From assembly GCF_009914755.1 (NCBI RefSeq), contig NC_060947.1: a stretch of DNA of 64,000 bases, one strand, 5' to 3'. The position numbers were made by a program, and so were the translations under genes. A model generated the notes under the pieces. That model saw nothing but the letters and a program-made list of their open reading frames with translations, searched no databases and was not told the DNA's origin. Source of the stretch: the human T2T-CHM13v2.0 reference genome, Homo sapiens. This document shows, in pieces, positions 38,332-52,723 of the stretch (positions are counted from its first letter, which is position 1; each line of letters opens with the position of its first letter).

Positions 38332-39781
38332 CTTCCCTTTGTACTCTGTAACACTGAAGGCTCGATATCAACTCTTTGTTCAAGTATCCCTTCAGCCATA
38401 CAAAAACATTCAAGCCTTCTTTTCTCATATTACCTGAGGCCTGAGATTAACAATTCATTTGTGAAGACGACAGAGACAGGCTTTTCCCATAGTCTTCATT
38501 TGCCACTTCTCTCACTTAATGGCCAAAATTAAATATATAGTGAATGGGAAGTGAATATGGGATTTCATTTGACCAATAGGAGCATGAGGATAAGGCAAAA
38601 ACTCAGAGATTTTTTATCAGTCCCTTGAGTCCTTAGAATGAGTTAGGGTCTGGAGCTGTCAACCTATGAAAAAGAAGTATAATATGGGCTACTTACCTGC
38701 CTCACAGTGCTATTGAAAGATGTAATCAGGGTCTTTAAGATTCTTTCAAATAACAATTCTGTAAAGTACTCAGAGTTATGTGACACTAGTTTTTAGAGAA
38801 AGGTTACACATTTACATTTAAGAGTTAATATGAAGCTATATAATTGGTAAGAAAACCCACACAGATTATAATCAAATCCCAAGTGAGTTTATTGTAATTA
38901 TATTTAATTCATCAAATGACAAGAAATTTAATAAAGACTAGGGCCTGGCGCATCTCCTGAAAAGAGAAAGATTCTGATCAGTCTAGGGTTTGCATTTTTA
39001 TTTTTCTCATTTTAACTTTCAAATAGAAAAACTGGAAATTAATAGATCTGACCTGAGATCCATGGTGAAGAGAAAAGTTTTGGATTTTTTATGTGTCTTA
39101 CTTTAAGCAATTCACAGTTCACTTAAAGCAATAGTGCTGAAAGTCTATTTAGAGTTGCTTTCCAATGTTGTAATGTTGGTTGTGGTTTGGAAAATGAAGC
39201 CTAGGCATTTCATAAAGAGTTTTATTGTAATCAAAATAAAACAAGTAAAATAAAATGTTACTTCAAAATCAGAAAAACAGGAAAAATGCTGATTCTATGT
39301 CAATGAATTCTAAGGTATTATACCTGTGGTACCTGCCTCTGCATTTTGGATGAGGGAGTTCCCTATCCAGAGAATATCCTCCTGCTACCTCTTGCTTGGT
39401 CAAATCACACTCAGCAAGGCCCAGTTCTACTGCCTGCTTGTCTTCTTGAGTGCCAGATAAGCTGCAATATGATAGAATACCAGGTAGACTTCTGAAGATT
39501 TTGACTCTAGTCTTGGACTCACAGATGGCTCTGCTGGACCCACTGTGTGCCTAGAGGACCTCACTCTCCTAAAGGGAAGAATACATGCCTGGCTGGCTTT
39601 GCCACCAGCTGATTGTAGAGCCCATGGCCTTGGGTGAACATAGTCAGAAGTCAGGGAGTGGTGACAACAGACCTTGGGCAAGGGCCAGCACTGTGCTGGC
39701 TTCAGGTCTGACCCAGCACAGTGATAGTGGTGGAGGCCACAGGGCTGCTTGTGTCACTCCATCCCCAGCTGTAGGTGGCTC

Positions 39782-39784
<3 letters not shown>

Positions 39785-39820
<36 letters not shown>
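39785..39820 (+). repeat. (GA)n microsatellite
   Basis: Read directly. Confidence 0.95.
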
Positions 39821-39823
<3 letters not shown>

Positions 39824-41730
39824 TGCTCGATATGTTTGGGAAAAAGTAAGGGAAGAGGACAAGAGTCTCTGCCTGGTAATCTAGAGAATTCTCTTGGATC
39901 TTGTCCTAGACCATCAATGTGGTACCTCTATGAGTCTGCAAGAACTGGGCTTGGGGCACCCCTTAAACCAGATACAGCTTATATAACATGACTTAAGTCC
40001 TTTCCAATATATGCAAAGTCTCCCCAAGAAGGATGGCTACAAATAAGCCAAGACAGTGAGGACTACAATAAATACCTAACTCTCCAATGCCCAAACACAG
40101 AGGAATGTCTATTAGCACGAGTAGCATGAGCACTATCCAGAAAAATATGACCTCACGAAATGAACTAAATAAGGCACCGTGGATCAATCCTGGAGTAACA
40201 GAGATATGTGACCTTTCAAAAAGATAATACAAAATGGCTGTTTTGAGGAAACCCAAAGAAATTTGAGATAGCATAGAGATGGAATTCAGAATTCTATTGG
40301 ATAAAATTAAGAGATAGATCAAAATAATTTTAAAAATCAAGTAGAAATTCTGTAGTTGAAAAATGCAATTGGTGCACGTAAGAACACATCAGGGTTCTTT
40401 AATAGCAGACTGAAACAAGCGGAAGAAAGAATTTTTGAGCTTGGAGACAGGCTATTTGAAAATACACAGTCAGAGGAGACAAAATAAAAAAGAATAAAAA
40501 AAATGAAGCATGCATACAGGATCTAAAAAACAGTCTCAAAAGGGCAAATTTAGGAGTTATTGGCCTCAAAGAAGAAGGAGAGAAAGAGCTAGGTGTAGCA
40601 AATGTATTCAAATGGATAATAACAGAGAATTTCCCAAACCTAGAGAAAGATATCAATATCCAAGTTCAAAAAAGATATAAATCGCCAAGCAGATTTAACC
40701 CAAAGAAGACTACCTTAAGGCTTTTCATAATCAAACTCCTAAAGGCCAATTATAAAGAAAAGATCCTAAAAACAGCAAGAGAAAAGAAACAAATACCACA
40801 CTTTAGAGCTCCTATAGATCTGGCAGCAGACTTTTCAGTGGAAACCTTACAGGCCAGTAGAGAGTGGCATGACATATTTAAAGTGCTGAAGGAAAAAAAA
40901 AAAAACAAAAACAAAAAAAAAAAACTTTTACCCTAGAATACTATATCTTGCAAAAATTTCCTTCAGATATGAAGGAGAAATAAACACTTTTCTAGACAAA
41001 CCGAAGCTGAGAGATTTCATCTATACCAGACCCCTACTACAAGAAATACTGAAGGGAATACTTCGATGAGAAAAAAAGGACATTAATGAGCAATAAATAA
41101 TCACCTGAAGATATAAAACTTACTGGCAATGTTACATACATAGAAAAACACAGACTATTATAACACTGTAACTGTGGTGTATAAATTACTCTTATTCTAA
41201 GTAGAAAGACTAAATGATAAACCAGTCAATAACTAAAACAACTTTTCAAGATGTAGTCAGTACAATAAGATATAAATAGAAACAATAAAAAGTTAAGAAG
41301 TGGGGAGAACAAAGTTAAAGTGAGTTTTTATTAGTTTCATTCTTGCTTGTTTGTTAATACAAATAGTGTTAAGTTGTTATCAGGATAAAATAATGAGTCA
41401 TAAGATAGAATTTGCAAACCTCATGGTAACCTCAAACCAAAAAGCATACAATAGATATACACAAAATATAAAGTAAGAAACTGAACCGTATCACCAGAGA
41501 AAATCATCTTCACTAGAAGAAGACAAGAGTGAAAGAAAAAACAAAGAGAAGACAAAAAACAACCAGAAAACAAATAACAAAATGGCAGGAGTAAGTTCTT
41601 TCTTATCAATAATAACATTGAATGTAAATGAAATAAAGTCTACAATAAAAGGCATAGACTGGCTAAATTAATGAAAAAACAAGACCCATTGATCTATCGT
41701 CTACAAGAAACACCTATAAAGGCACACATA

Positions 41731-41851
41731 GTCTGTGGCCATACCACCCTGAATACGCCCAATCTTGTGTGATCTCAGAAACTAAGCAGGATTGGGCCTG
41801 GTTAATACTTGGATGGGAGACTGCCTGGTAATACTGGGTACTGTAGAGTTT
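41731..41851 (+). pseudogene. Processed 5S rRNA pseudogene (RNA5SP-type)
   Basis: Full-length colinear match to human 5S rRNA (gtctgtggccataccaccctgaa..ctaagcagg..tacttggatgggagac..ctgtag) with CpG decay; A-rich tail; 13-bp TSD aaaggcacacata / aaagacacacata. Confidence 0.95.
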
Positions 41852-44800
41852 TTTCTTATTTAAATAATAAAAAAGACACACATAGACTGAAAATAAAGAG
41901 ATGAGAAAAGATATTCCATGCCAATGGGAGCCAAAAAAGAGCAGGAATCATTATACTTGTAACACACAAAATAGATTTTAAGGCCAAAACTATGAGAAGA
42001 GACAAGTAAGATCACTGTATAATGTTAATGGGGTCAATTCAGCAAGAGGACAAAGCAATTTTAAATATGTATGCACCCAACATTGGAGCACCCATATATA
42101 TAAAGGAGACATTATTAGAGCTAAAGATGGAGAGAGAGAGGCCCCAATACAATAATAGCTGGAGACTTCAACACCCCATTTTCAGCACTGGGCAGATCTT
42201 CCAGCCAGAAAATCAACAAAGAAACATCAGACATAATCTGCACTATAGACCAAATGGATCTAATAGATATTTACCGAACATTTTATCCAAGAGCTGCAGA
42301 ATACATAGTTTCCTAAGCACATAAATCATTCTCAAGAATAGACCATATAATAGGTCACAAAACAAGTGTTAAAATATTCGAAAAATTCAAATAATATCAG
42401 CAATTTATTTGACCACAATAGAATAAAATTAGAAATTAATAACTAGAGGAATTTTGGAAATTATAAAACTACATGGAAATAAACAATATGCTCCTTAATG
42501 ACCAGTGAGTCAATGAAGAAATTAAGAAGAAATTTTAACAATTTCTTAAAATCAGTGTTAATGGAAACACAACATACCAAAACCTATGGGATACAGTAAA
42601 AGCAGTACTAAGAGGAAAGTTTATAGCTATAAGTACCTATATCAAAAAAAAGGAAAACATTAAAAACATCTAACAATGTGTCTTAAATAACTAGAAAAGC
42701 GAGAGAAAAGCAAACCCCAAATTAATAGAAGAAAAGAAATAATAAACTTCAGAGCAGAAATGAATGAAATTGAAGTGAAAATATACAAAAGATAAATGAA
42801 ACAAAAATATTATTTTTGAAGTTACAAAAAGTTGACAAACCTTTAGCCAGGCTAAGAAAAAAAAGAAAATCAAAATAAATACAATCAGAAATGAAATGGA
42901 ATCATTACAACTGATGTTGCAGAAATTCAAAAGAACATTAATGACTACTATGAGCAACTATATGCCAATGAATTGGAAAATATAAAAGAAATGGACAAAT
43001 TTCTAGATAGATAAAACCTACAAAGATTGAACCAGGAAGAAATCCAATACCTGAACACACCAATAACAAGTAATGAGATCAAAGCTGTAATAAGAAGTCT
43101 CCCAGTAACAAAAAGCCTGGGACCTGGTGGCTTCAGTGATGAATTCCATCAAACATTAAAGAGCTAATACCAACCCTTCTCAAACTATTCCAAAAAATCA
43201 GGAGGAGGGAATACTTTCAAACTCATTCTTATGAATCCAGTAATACCCTGATACCAAAACCAGACCAAGAGACGTCAATAAAAGGAAACTGTAGGCCAGT
43301 ATCTCTGGTGAATATTGATGCAAAAATCCTCAACAAAAGATTAGTAAACTGAATTCAATAGTACATTAAAAAGTTTATTCATCGTGACCAAGTAGGATTT
43401 ATCACTGGGATGCAAAGATGGTTCAACATACAAAAATCAATCAATGTGATACAACATACAAAAATCAATCAATGTGATACATCATATTAACAGAATAAAG
43501 GATAAAAACCATATGATCTTTTCAATTGATGCTGAAAAAGCATTTGATAAAATTCAACATCCCTTCATGATAAAAAACCCTAAAAAATCTGGGGTTAGGA
43601 AAACTATATCTCAACATACTAGAAGCCATATATGACAGACCCACAGCTAGTATCATACTAAATGTGAAAAACTGAAAACCCTTTCTCTAAGATCCAGAAC
43701 ATGACAAGGATGCCCACTCTCACCACTGTTATTCAACACAGTGTTGTAAGTCCTAGCTAGAGCAATCAGACAAGAGAAAGATATGAAGAGCATCCAAATT
43801 AGAAAGGAATATCAAATTATCCTTGTTTGCAGATGATAAGATCTTATATTTGGAAAAACCAAAAGACTTCACAAGAAAACTGTTATAGCTGATAAATTCA
43901 GTAAAGTTGTACTATACAAAATCAACATGAAATATCAGTAGCATTTCTATATGTCATGAACAATGTGAAAAATAAGTTTAAAAAGTAATGTCATTTACAA
44001 TAATCACACATACAATTAAATACCTAGGAATTAAATAAAGAAGTGAAAGATTTCTATAATGAAAACTATAAAACATTGATGAACTAACTAGAAGAGAACA
44101 CCAAAAAATGAAAAAATATCACATGTTCATGAATTGTAAGAATCAATATTGTTAAAATGTCCATATTACACAAAGCAATCTACAGATTCAATTCAATCCC
44201 TATCAACATGCCAATGACATTCTTCACAGAAATAGAAAAAAAAATCCCAAAATTTATATGGAACTACAAAAGATCCAGAATAACCAAACCCATCCTAAGC
44301 AAAAAGAACAAAACTAGAGTAGTTACATTACTTCAAATAGTACTACAGAGCTAGAGTAATTAAAACAGCATAGTACTGGCATAAAAACAGACACACACAC
44401 ACCAATGAAGCACAATGGAGAACTCAGAAACAAATCCACACACCTGTAGTGAACTCATTTTTAACACAGGTTCCAAGAACATACACTGGTGAAAAGACAG
44501 TCTCTTCAATAAATTTTGCTGTGAAAACTGGATATCCATATGCAGAAGATTAAAACTAGAACCCTATCTCTGGCCATATACAAAAATCAAATGAAAAAGG
44601 ATTAAATACTTAAATGTACAACTCAAATCTTGAAACTACTATAAGAAAACTTCAGAGAAAATCTCCAGGACATTGTTTTGCGCAAAAATTTCTTGAGTAA
44701 TACCCCACAAGCACAGGCAACCAAAGCAAAAATGGACAAATGGGATCACATCAAGTTAAAAGGCTTCTGCGCGGCAAAGGATACAGTCAACAAAGTGAAG

Positions 44801-44912
44801 AGACAACCCACAGAATGGGAGAAAATATTTGAAATTTATTTACCTGACAAGGGATTAATAACCTGAATATATAAGGGGCTCAGCAAACAACTCTAGAAAA
44901 AAAATCTAATAA

Positions 44913-45263
<351 letters not shown>

Positions 45264-46234
45264 TGAAAATAGACATTTCTCAACAGAAGAAATGCAAATT
45301 GCAAACAAGCATATGAAAATGTGCTCAACATCATTGATCATCAGAAAAATGAAAATCAAAACTACAGTTATATCATCTCACTCCAGTTAAAATGGCTTAT
45401 ATCTAAAACACAGTCAATAACAAATACTGGCAAGGATGTGGACAAAAAAAGAGCCCTCGTACACTGTTGGTGGGAATGTAAATTAGTATAACCACTATGG
45501 AGAACAGTTTGGAGGTTCCTCAAAAACTAAAAATGGAGCCACCGTGTGATCCAGCAATCCCACTGCTGGGTATATACTCAAAAGGAATGAAATCAGTATA
45601 TTGAAGAGATATATGGTTGTGGCAGCACTGTTTACAATATCTAAGATTTAGAAGCACCCTAAGTGTTCATCAACAAATGAATGGATAAAGATAATGTGGT
45701 ACATATACACAATGGAGTACTATTCAGTCATAAAAAAGGAATGAGCTCCAGTCTTTTGCAACAACATGGATATAACTAGAGATCATTATGTTAAGTGAAA
45801 TAATCCAGGCACAGAAAGACAAACATCGAATGTTCTCATTTGTTTGTGGGATCTAAAAATCAAAACAATTGAACTCATGGACATAGAGAGTAGAAGGATG
45901 GTTACCAGAGGCTTAGAAAAGTAGTGGGGTACTGAGGGGAAGGCAGGGATGGTTAATGGGTACAAAAAATAATTAGAATGAATAAGACATACCATTTGAT
46001 AGCACAACAGGGTAACTATAGTCAATAATAACTTAAGCGTACATTTTTAAATCACTTATAGGGTATAATTGGCTTGTTTGCAACTCAGCGGTTAAATGAC
46101 TGAGGGGATGGATACTGCATTTTCCATGATGTGCTTATTTTATACTGCATGCCTGTTTCAAAACATCTCATGTACCCCATAATTATATACACCTACTATC
46201 TACCTACAAAAATTAAAAATAAAAAAAAAAGAAA

Positions 46235-49200
46235 GCAAAAGTGTGCTGGGTTGGGCCTTAAGCCTGGACTATGCTCAGATGTGGTTTTGTCTCAGCTCCG
46301 GCCACTAGTCTCAATGCTATCCACAAAAGAAGAAATTAAACCAGGGCAACGAAAAATTACCTCTGAGACCTGTGGTCACCAAAAAGATAGTCAATGTGGG
46401 GAAAGGACAAACCCCAGTAACTATTAAAACTAGAAGATATAACATAAAGGAATTGTTCTATTTTGTAGATTGGTATCATAAGCTTCCTAAAAAGCCTTTA
46501 CTATAATGGAATGTAAAAATAACTATTTTAAGGGCATTATACTTACTTTTAAATGCTACAGAATGAAAGAGCATGTTTGGGTTGACACAAGGCCCACAGA
46601 TCACTATTAAACAATCGCTAATGTGCATATGTGATCCACATTCACAGTACTTATTCCTAAGAGAATGACCAGCCTAGTGGACTGGATAAATGGCCACCAT
46701 AAGGTCTGTTTACCCCGAGAAGGGGGCTGCCCAACTCTCCCTATATAATGTCAAGTGGAGCACCTGATGAAGGAGCTGATATGTTTCATATTCAAGCAAT
46801 ATGGGACTGGATTTATAATAAGCAGGATATTTTCCCACTGAATATGCCTATTACCCAGGTTATGGTCAATGTTGGGGTTAAAGAGGCCACTTTTACATTA
46901 TCACCTCAGGTGACATTATTCCTGCAGAATTATACAACTGTTTGAGAAGCCTTATTAAATTTGCTGTCTCTCATGGGACTTAACAGATACTTAATAAAAT
47001 ATTAGGGTAATTAACAAGAAAAAGAAAAAAAAATAGGAAAGGCAAAAGGGAGTCAATGGACTCACTCCAGAAAGGTGATGAGTTTAAAAGAAAGTTTTGT
47101 ACAGTGCTATCAAAGGTAGAGTGAGCCAAAGGGAACCCTTACTGGTTCCCCAACATAAAAGGCCCTGCACCAGTTTTCAGCGTATGCCTCAGATTGGGGA
47201 AATTTTAAAGACATCAAAAGCCAAAGGTTATAATGAAAAATCTGACATTTCCTGAGGCAATGTTGAGGCAAGATAAAAATTGACAAAAGAGCCTGGGTCT
47301 CTTGGCTCAACTCTGTTCTTGGAACCCTGATATTTTTCCACCAGGAAAGGTAAAATGGTCTGAGGGTAGAAAAGAAAAGCTCCTGGGACCAGAATATCAA
47401 AATGTACAGGTTATTACAGATTATGAAATTTGAGATGTTTAAACAGGCTTTATGTAAGGTAGGCGTGACTCTTTTACCTAAATGTCTTATGAAAATTGGT
47501 ATTGTATCTAACTGGGGGATGTGTCCCGTGTCTAGTACTATAAAACTGAAGGCATATAAATCTGCCCTTTGAGAAGTATTCACTGGACATGCTAAATGAG
47601 AACTAATAAGAGTGCCTGAGCCTGCAGAATATAGGATAAAAGCTGAAGTGCTAGTCGAGACAAATCTTCCACTTCATAGTTCTTTGTGGAGCGTTTATTG
47701 AGCCTTATGGCAAAAGACTGTGAGCACTTCCAAAAGACAACTGCTGGACTAGAGAATTTCCACTTAAGGGACATTTATTGGCATGTTATGGAATGGTAAC
47801 TGAAGCTACCCCTATGCTAATGGAAATAATGGTGCCCAAAAGAGTTCCATGATAAAATAAAAGTGGTTTACATAGGATCTCGTTACCTGGGGATACAAGG
47901 AGGAGATACTCATGAGCAGGAGGCCTTTTCCCCACTAGGGCTGACTCTATGTGAGGAACTGCTAGATTCTACAATGCCTGATAAACAGCTCTTATCTAAC
48001 AAGAGCTGCTTAGAGTGTGAATGGCAGTTCCAAGGTGAATAAACGATATCTTGTTTGGAAGGCTGCTGCTCTGGTTAAAGAAGGTCAAAAAAAAGTTTTC
48101 TTTTGAGTTATTTATAGTTTAGAGCATTTGGATGAACTATGTTTTTGTAAGCAAATTTACCTTTCTCTCTTTGAGTTCCCCAAAATTCAAGAACTATTCA
48201 GGATTTTATGAGTTTAGTAAGAATGTTTTCTTTTAAAACAAGACAATTGGAGACACTGGTTATTTTACCAAGACTTTGACTAGAATAACATATTTTTAAG
48301 TAAAGTTTCAGCAAAGCCAACTTAAAAGAGTCTATGCGGCCAATGAATTCTTACTGCACTTTATGCACATAATCAAGCCAAGTATAATAAGCCTAAAACT
48401 TACTTTGCAAACAAATTGGTCTTACTATAATTTCCCTTTAGCAGAAAAAGAGGGCCAGAAAGGGAGAAGAAAATCATTTCAATGGAAGAGTGTAACACTT
48501 GTTACTAGATTTCAGCCCTGACTTTTGTTTTTGACTGCAGCGGATTGAGTCACGAATTATTTCTTGGCTGCAATAATTCTCTGAAGAGTACCAGATTATA
48601 ATTTTTCTTCATAATTTTAGTTGGTGCTCTAATGGAATAGGTTCCTTTCTCTGTTCTGTCACACAAATACTCTTTTGATTGTCAAAATATTGTTATTTCT
48701 CTCACCGAGGAAACCAGAATCATGGTATTCTGAAGACTAGAGATGTGAATCTCCCTCATTTGGCATACCACTGGGTGGGATTTGTTTTTCACTGCAAATT
48801 CCCTGCTGCTAACTGCTGCTAAGATTGTACAAACACCCTTATTCTAGACCCAGGGACTATCATGGAAGAGGTAGACACATGAGATTGTAGTAGCTGGTTT
48901 GAAAGATAAAATTAGTTCAGGCCCTCTAAATCAAGAATGATTACACACATGCCTAACCAGCTGGTAAAACAAGGGACCTTGCCTTCTGAGCTATTGTGTC
49001 GTACCATTTCAACCATCCCAACCATAAAGAACTTTCTGCTTCTTGTAGAATTAAAATTAGTGCTGGGACAATATAAAGATACCTCATGAGAAAGCCTCCT
49101 GGGTATAATATTCCTAGTTATGAAATTTATGCAGATATATATTAAAAAATTTTATCAGCCACCTTAGGGCAAATTACTAACAGACTGCAAAAAGCACTGC

Positions 49201-49603
49201 AGCACAACAAGCCTCTAAAATGACTTAGCTTAAAATTTTTTTAACAGCGCTTATTTTTTGTATGGCTAGTTACTATGTATCTGTAACTAAAACCAAGACT
49301 ACAGTAGGTCAGTTTTGTGACCTCATCCTTGGCTCTTTGTAGGTCTTTTACTTAAAAAAAAAAAAAAAAAAGTTTAAAGGTTAATGAATGTCTATTCACC
49401 TCCATTCCCGTCTGGCCTAGAATATTTAAATTGGCTATAAGTCTTTTGACTATAAGTCCCTTGGACATGGGGGGAATCCCACCAAGGGACAGGATGGACC
49501 TAGGGCAGGCAGTCATGCCACCCTGGCAGTGCTATGGGGAAAAAAAAAAAATTAGGTGACCACTGATGTTGCCCCTGGCAAATCTTGGTTGGAAAGAGGA
49601 GAA
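46235..49603 (+). mobile_element. ERV1 internal remnant (MER4-int-like), non-coding
   Basis: Contiguous with the downstream MER4 LTR via purine tract ggaaagaggagaa; gacactggttattttaccaagactttgactagaat-type MER4-group internal motifs. Confidence 0.65.
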
Positions 49604-50210
49604 TTTATGCCCAAAAATTAAATTCTAAGACCCCACAACGATCTGAATGGATCACTCCTGTTGGCCAAGGGTATTCCAAAGTTAACCTGAAAAATTTATT
49701 CAGGCTGTAATGGAAGTGGGGTCAGACTTACATCATACCCCCCTCCCTTTTGGAATTCAGGAAAAGCCCACCAGTATTAACATCAATACAGATCTTAAGT
49801 GTGATGAAAAACATTTACTACCTATTCTCTCTGATGCCTGCTATTTGGAGGGTTCATCTGCATGATAAAACCTTGATCTCCACAAACCTTTATCATGACC
49901 CAGACAATCCTTTCTGTTGATAATAACTCAACCAATTGCCAATAAGAAAAGTATTAAACCTACCTATGACCTGGAAGTCCCCACTTCTAGCAGTCCCATC
50001 TTTCCAGATTGAACCAATGTACATTTTACATGTATTTGATTGATGTCTCACATCTCCCTAAAATGTATAAAACTAGGCTGTGTCCCAACTACCTTGGGCA
50101 CATGTTCTCAGGGTCTCCTGTGGGCTGTGTCATGGGCCATTAATTACTCATATTTGGCTCAGAATAAATCTCTTCAAATATTTTACATAATTTGACTCTT
50201 TTGGTTGATG
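49604..50210 (+). mobile_element. MER4B/D-type LTR (3' LTR of the remnant)
   Basis: ccaaaaattaaattctaagacccc..ggccaagggtattccaaagttaacctgaaaaa; end tttggctcagaataaatctcttcaaatatttt..tttgactctttt. Confidence 0.8.
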
Positions 50211-50303
50211 CCACAATTAGAGCATATATTTTGATATTGTGAAAGAACTTTGTACACCATCCATGATAGCCAGTTTTCATTTTATAAATATAGGAATTGA
50301 AAA

Positions 50304-50902
50304 TGTCAGGGCTTAGAAAATAATACCCAAAAATATGATGCTTTGACATACTGATCTAGAGAATCAGCCCCAATGTCTCTCACACAATGAGGTTGTTCTC
50401 TGAAGTCCCTTTATCTACCTAGAAGCCTGACCAGGCAAAGAGTAACACAATTGCTTTTGATCCCCTCCCTGAAATGTCATTAATCAGAAAATATTAAAAT
50501 TGGTATTACAAAGGAAGAGACTGAAAATTAAAAACCACACATAGAGACAAGAGGAACTTCAAACTTTGTCCCAAACCATTGTTTGTTCTCTAGTCCTCAT
50601 TAAATTCTCAAAGAGAATCATGTACTATCAATTGCCTGAATATTGGGCCCATTCATACCTCCTGAAAATAATTTACTATCACTCAAAATTGCCACATTTC
50701 CCCCATCTCCCTTCTGCTATGAAGAAGGGTATATAACCATTTGAACCTCATTAACTTATTGTATAAACACTTTTCTGTGATTCTACCAGTCTTATGGACA
50801 TTAAATAAATTTGTATGGCTTTTTCTCCTGTTAATCTGCCTGTTGTCTATTTCCAGGAAATCATCAGAGGACAGAGGGTAAAGCCTTCCTGTTATCCTTA
50901 CA
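50304..50902 (+). mobile_element. ERV1 solo LTR (MER39 / LTR48-49 group)
   Basis: tgtcagggcttagaaaataatacccaaaa start; aataaatttgtatggctttttctcctgttaatctgcct; ccttaca end. Confidence 0.7.
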
Positions 50903-51329
50903 AAACCAAGGGAAGGAAAATAGATTTCTGTAGATCATACAACTTGACTAGTGAAACTAACAGAAGTAGAAATGGAACACTCTTTCTAACCATCTAAGTG
51001 ACAGTGCTTTATTCAATGAAATACCATTCTTATTAGTGAATTATCCCTCATCTAAGATCCTGCAGCCATTTTCTGTGACTCATTTAAACATCAGTCATGA
51101 CTACCCTGTCCCCTTTCTCATATTTCTATTTTTTATCATTGTTTCATCTTTACCACATTTGTTCCATTTTCTATGTTGACAACTGGACTTTTTAACTTGA
51201 TTGTAATCTACTCATAAGCAAGGATTTTATGCTTCCTTGTTTATGCCGTCCTTCAGAAGGATGTGTATTAAGTAGAAAACACATGTCAACTAAGTTTGAT
51301 TTAATCCTTTCAGAAAGGTAACCATTAAC

Positions 51330-51823
51330 TTTTTTTTTATTATTATACTTTAAGTTCTGGGGTACATGTATGGAATGTGCAGTTTTGTTACATAGGTATA
51401 CATGTGCCATGGTGGTTTGCTGCACCCATCAACCCGTCACCTACATTAGGTATTTGTCCTAATGCTCTCCCTCCCCTTGCCCCCGAACCCTGACACGCCC
51501 CAGTGTGTGATGTTCCCATCCCTGTGTCTATGTGTTCTTATTGTTCAACTCCCACTTATGAGTGAGAACATGCGGTGTTTGGTTTTCTGTTCTTGTGTTA
51601 GTTTGCTGAGAATGATGGTTTCCAGCTTCATTCATGTCCCTGTAAAGGACATGAACTCATCCCTTTTTATGGCTGCATAGTATTCCATGGTGTATATGTG
51701 CCACATTTTCTTTATCCAGTCTATCATTGATGGACATTTGGGTTAGTTCCAAGTCTTTGCTATTGTGAATAATAGCACAATAAACATATGTGTGCATGTG
51801 TCTTTATAGTAGAATGATTTATA
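51330..51823 (-). mobile_element. 5'-truncated L1PA7-like 3' end
   Basis: 3'UTR gccatggtggtttgctgcacccatcaacccgtca; 18-bp TSD gtaaccattaactttttt / gtagccattaactttttt. Confidence 0.93.
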
Positions 51824-52179
51824 GTAGCCATTAACTTTTTTAGGATGTTAATATGTGAATTGCCTTGAATTAAGGTTGCACTAAAGATTTTCTTACAGAA
51901 AGATAAATACTTAAAAATAATGTTATCACAGCTTGTTTAGATGAAGAAAATTTATCTTTTAAAGTAAATAAATGTATACTCCTTTGACTTTATGAGTTTT
52001 ATTTCCATTTATAAATATACAATGAAGTAGGCTGTATTAATTTAATATTTAACAAGTCATCTTTCTCCTTTCCTAATAGTATTGCACATTTTTTTTTAAA
52101 AAAAAGATGTATAATGTATTATCTTCTTTAGACTTAGAGGTTGCATTTATAGACCAAATTATGGCAATTCAAAATATGA

Positions 52180-52719
52180 CTTTAGGATACCAGATTATGC
52201 CACTTCAAAATAAACCTTTATGGTGTAAGTGTTATTTAGAGCTGATTACTTTGAGAAACTGCAGAACAAAAGAAACTCTTTAAACAGAGTAGAAGTTATC
52301 CTACTATAAGGGAAATTTATATCTATAAAGAAAATCTCCATTTGTAAGGGTATTGCCCCATGTACCAGAAAGGGGATGATCACTCTAAATCAGTAGAGAC
52401 CTTTATCAATGGAGGAGGCACTGACAGAGATTTTCATGACAAATCTATCCTTATTCACCATGCTTTTTCTGGGTATCTCCCCATAACTGGCCTCCCATGT
52501 CCTTCTTTGTTTGTTGCAGTAGACAATGGCAGTTAAGCCTGAACTTTATGCCATATCTTGAAGAGTCACTCATCCCCTGGGTGTCTTCCATGCATATGTG
52601 ATACATACATGTTAATAAACTTCTGGTTGTTTTTCTCTGGATAATCTGTACATTGTTAGAGTGTCTGTCCCAAGTAAAAACTTAGAAGAGTATAGAAGCA
52701 AACTTTATTTCTTCCTACA
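52180..52719 (+). mobile_element. MER34-type ERV1 solo LTR
   Basis: ccagattatgccacttcaaaata..tttagagctgattactttgagaaactgcaga; aataaacttctg; cttcctaca end. Confidence 0.7.
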
Positions 52720-52723
52720 CAGT

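Noticed and set aside
47110-47583. 157-aa minus-strand ORF
   Set aside because: Antisense to ERV internal sequence, with no recognisable domain
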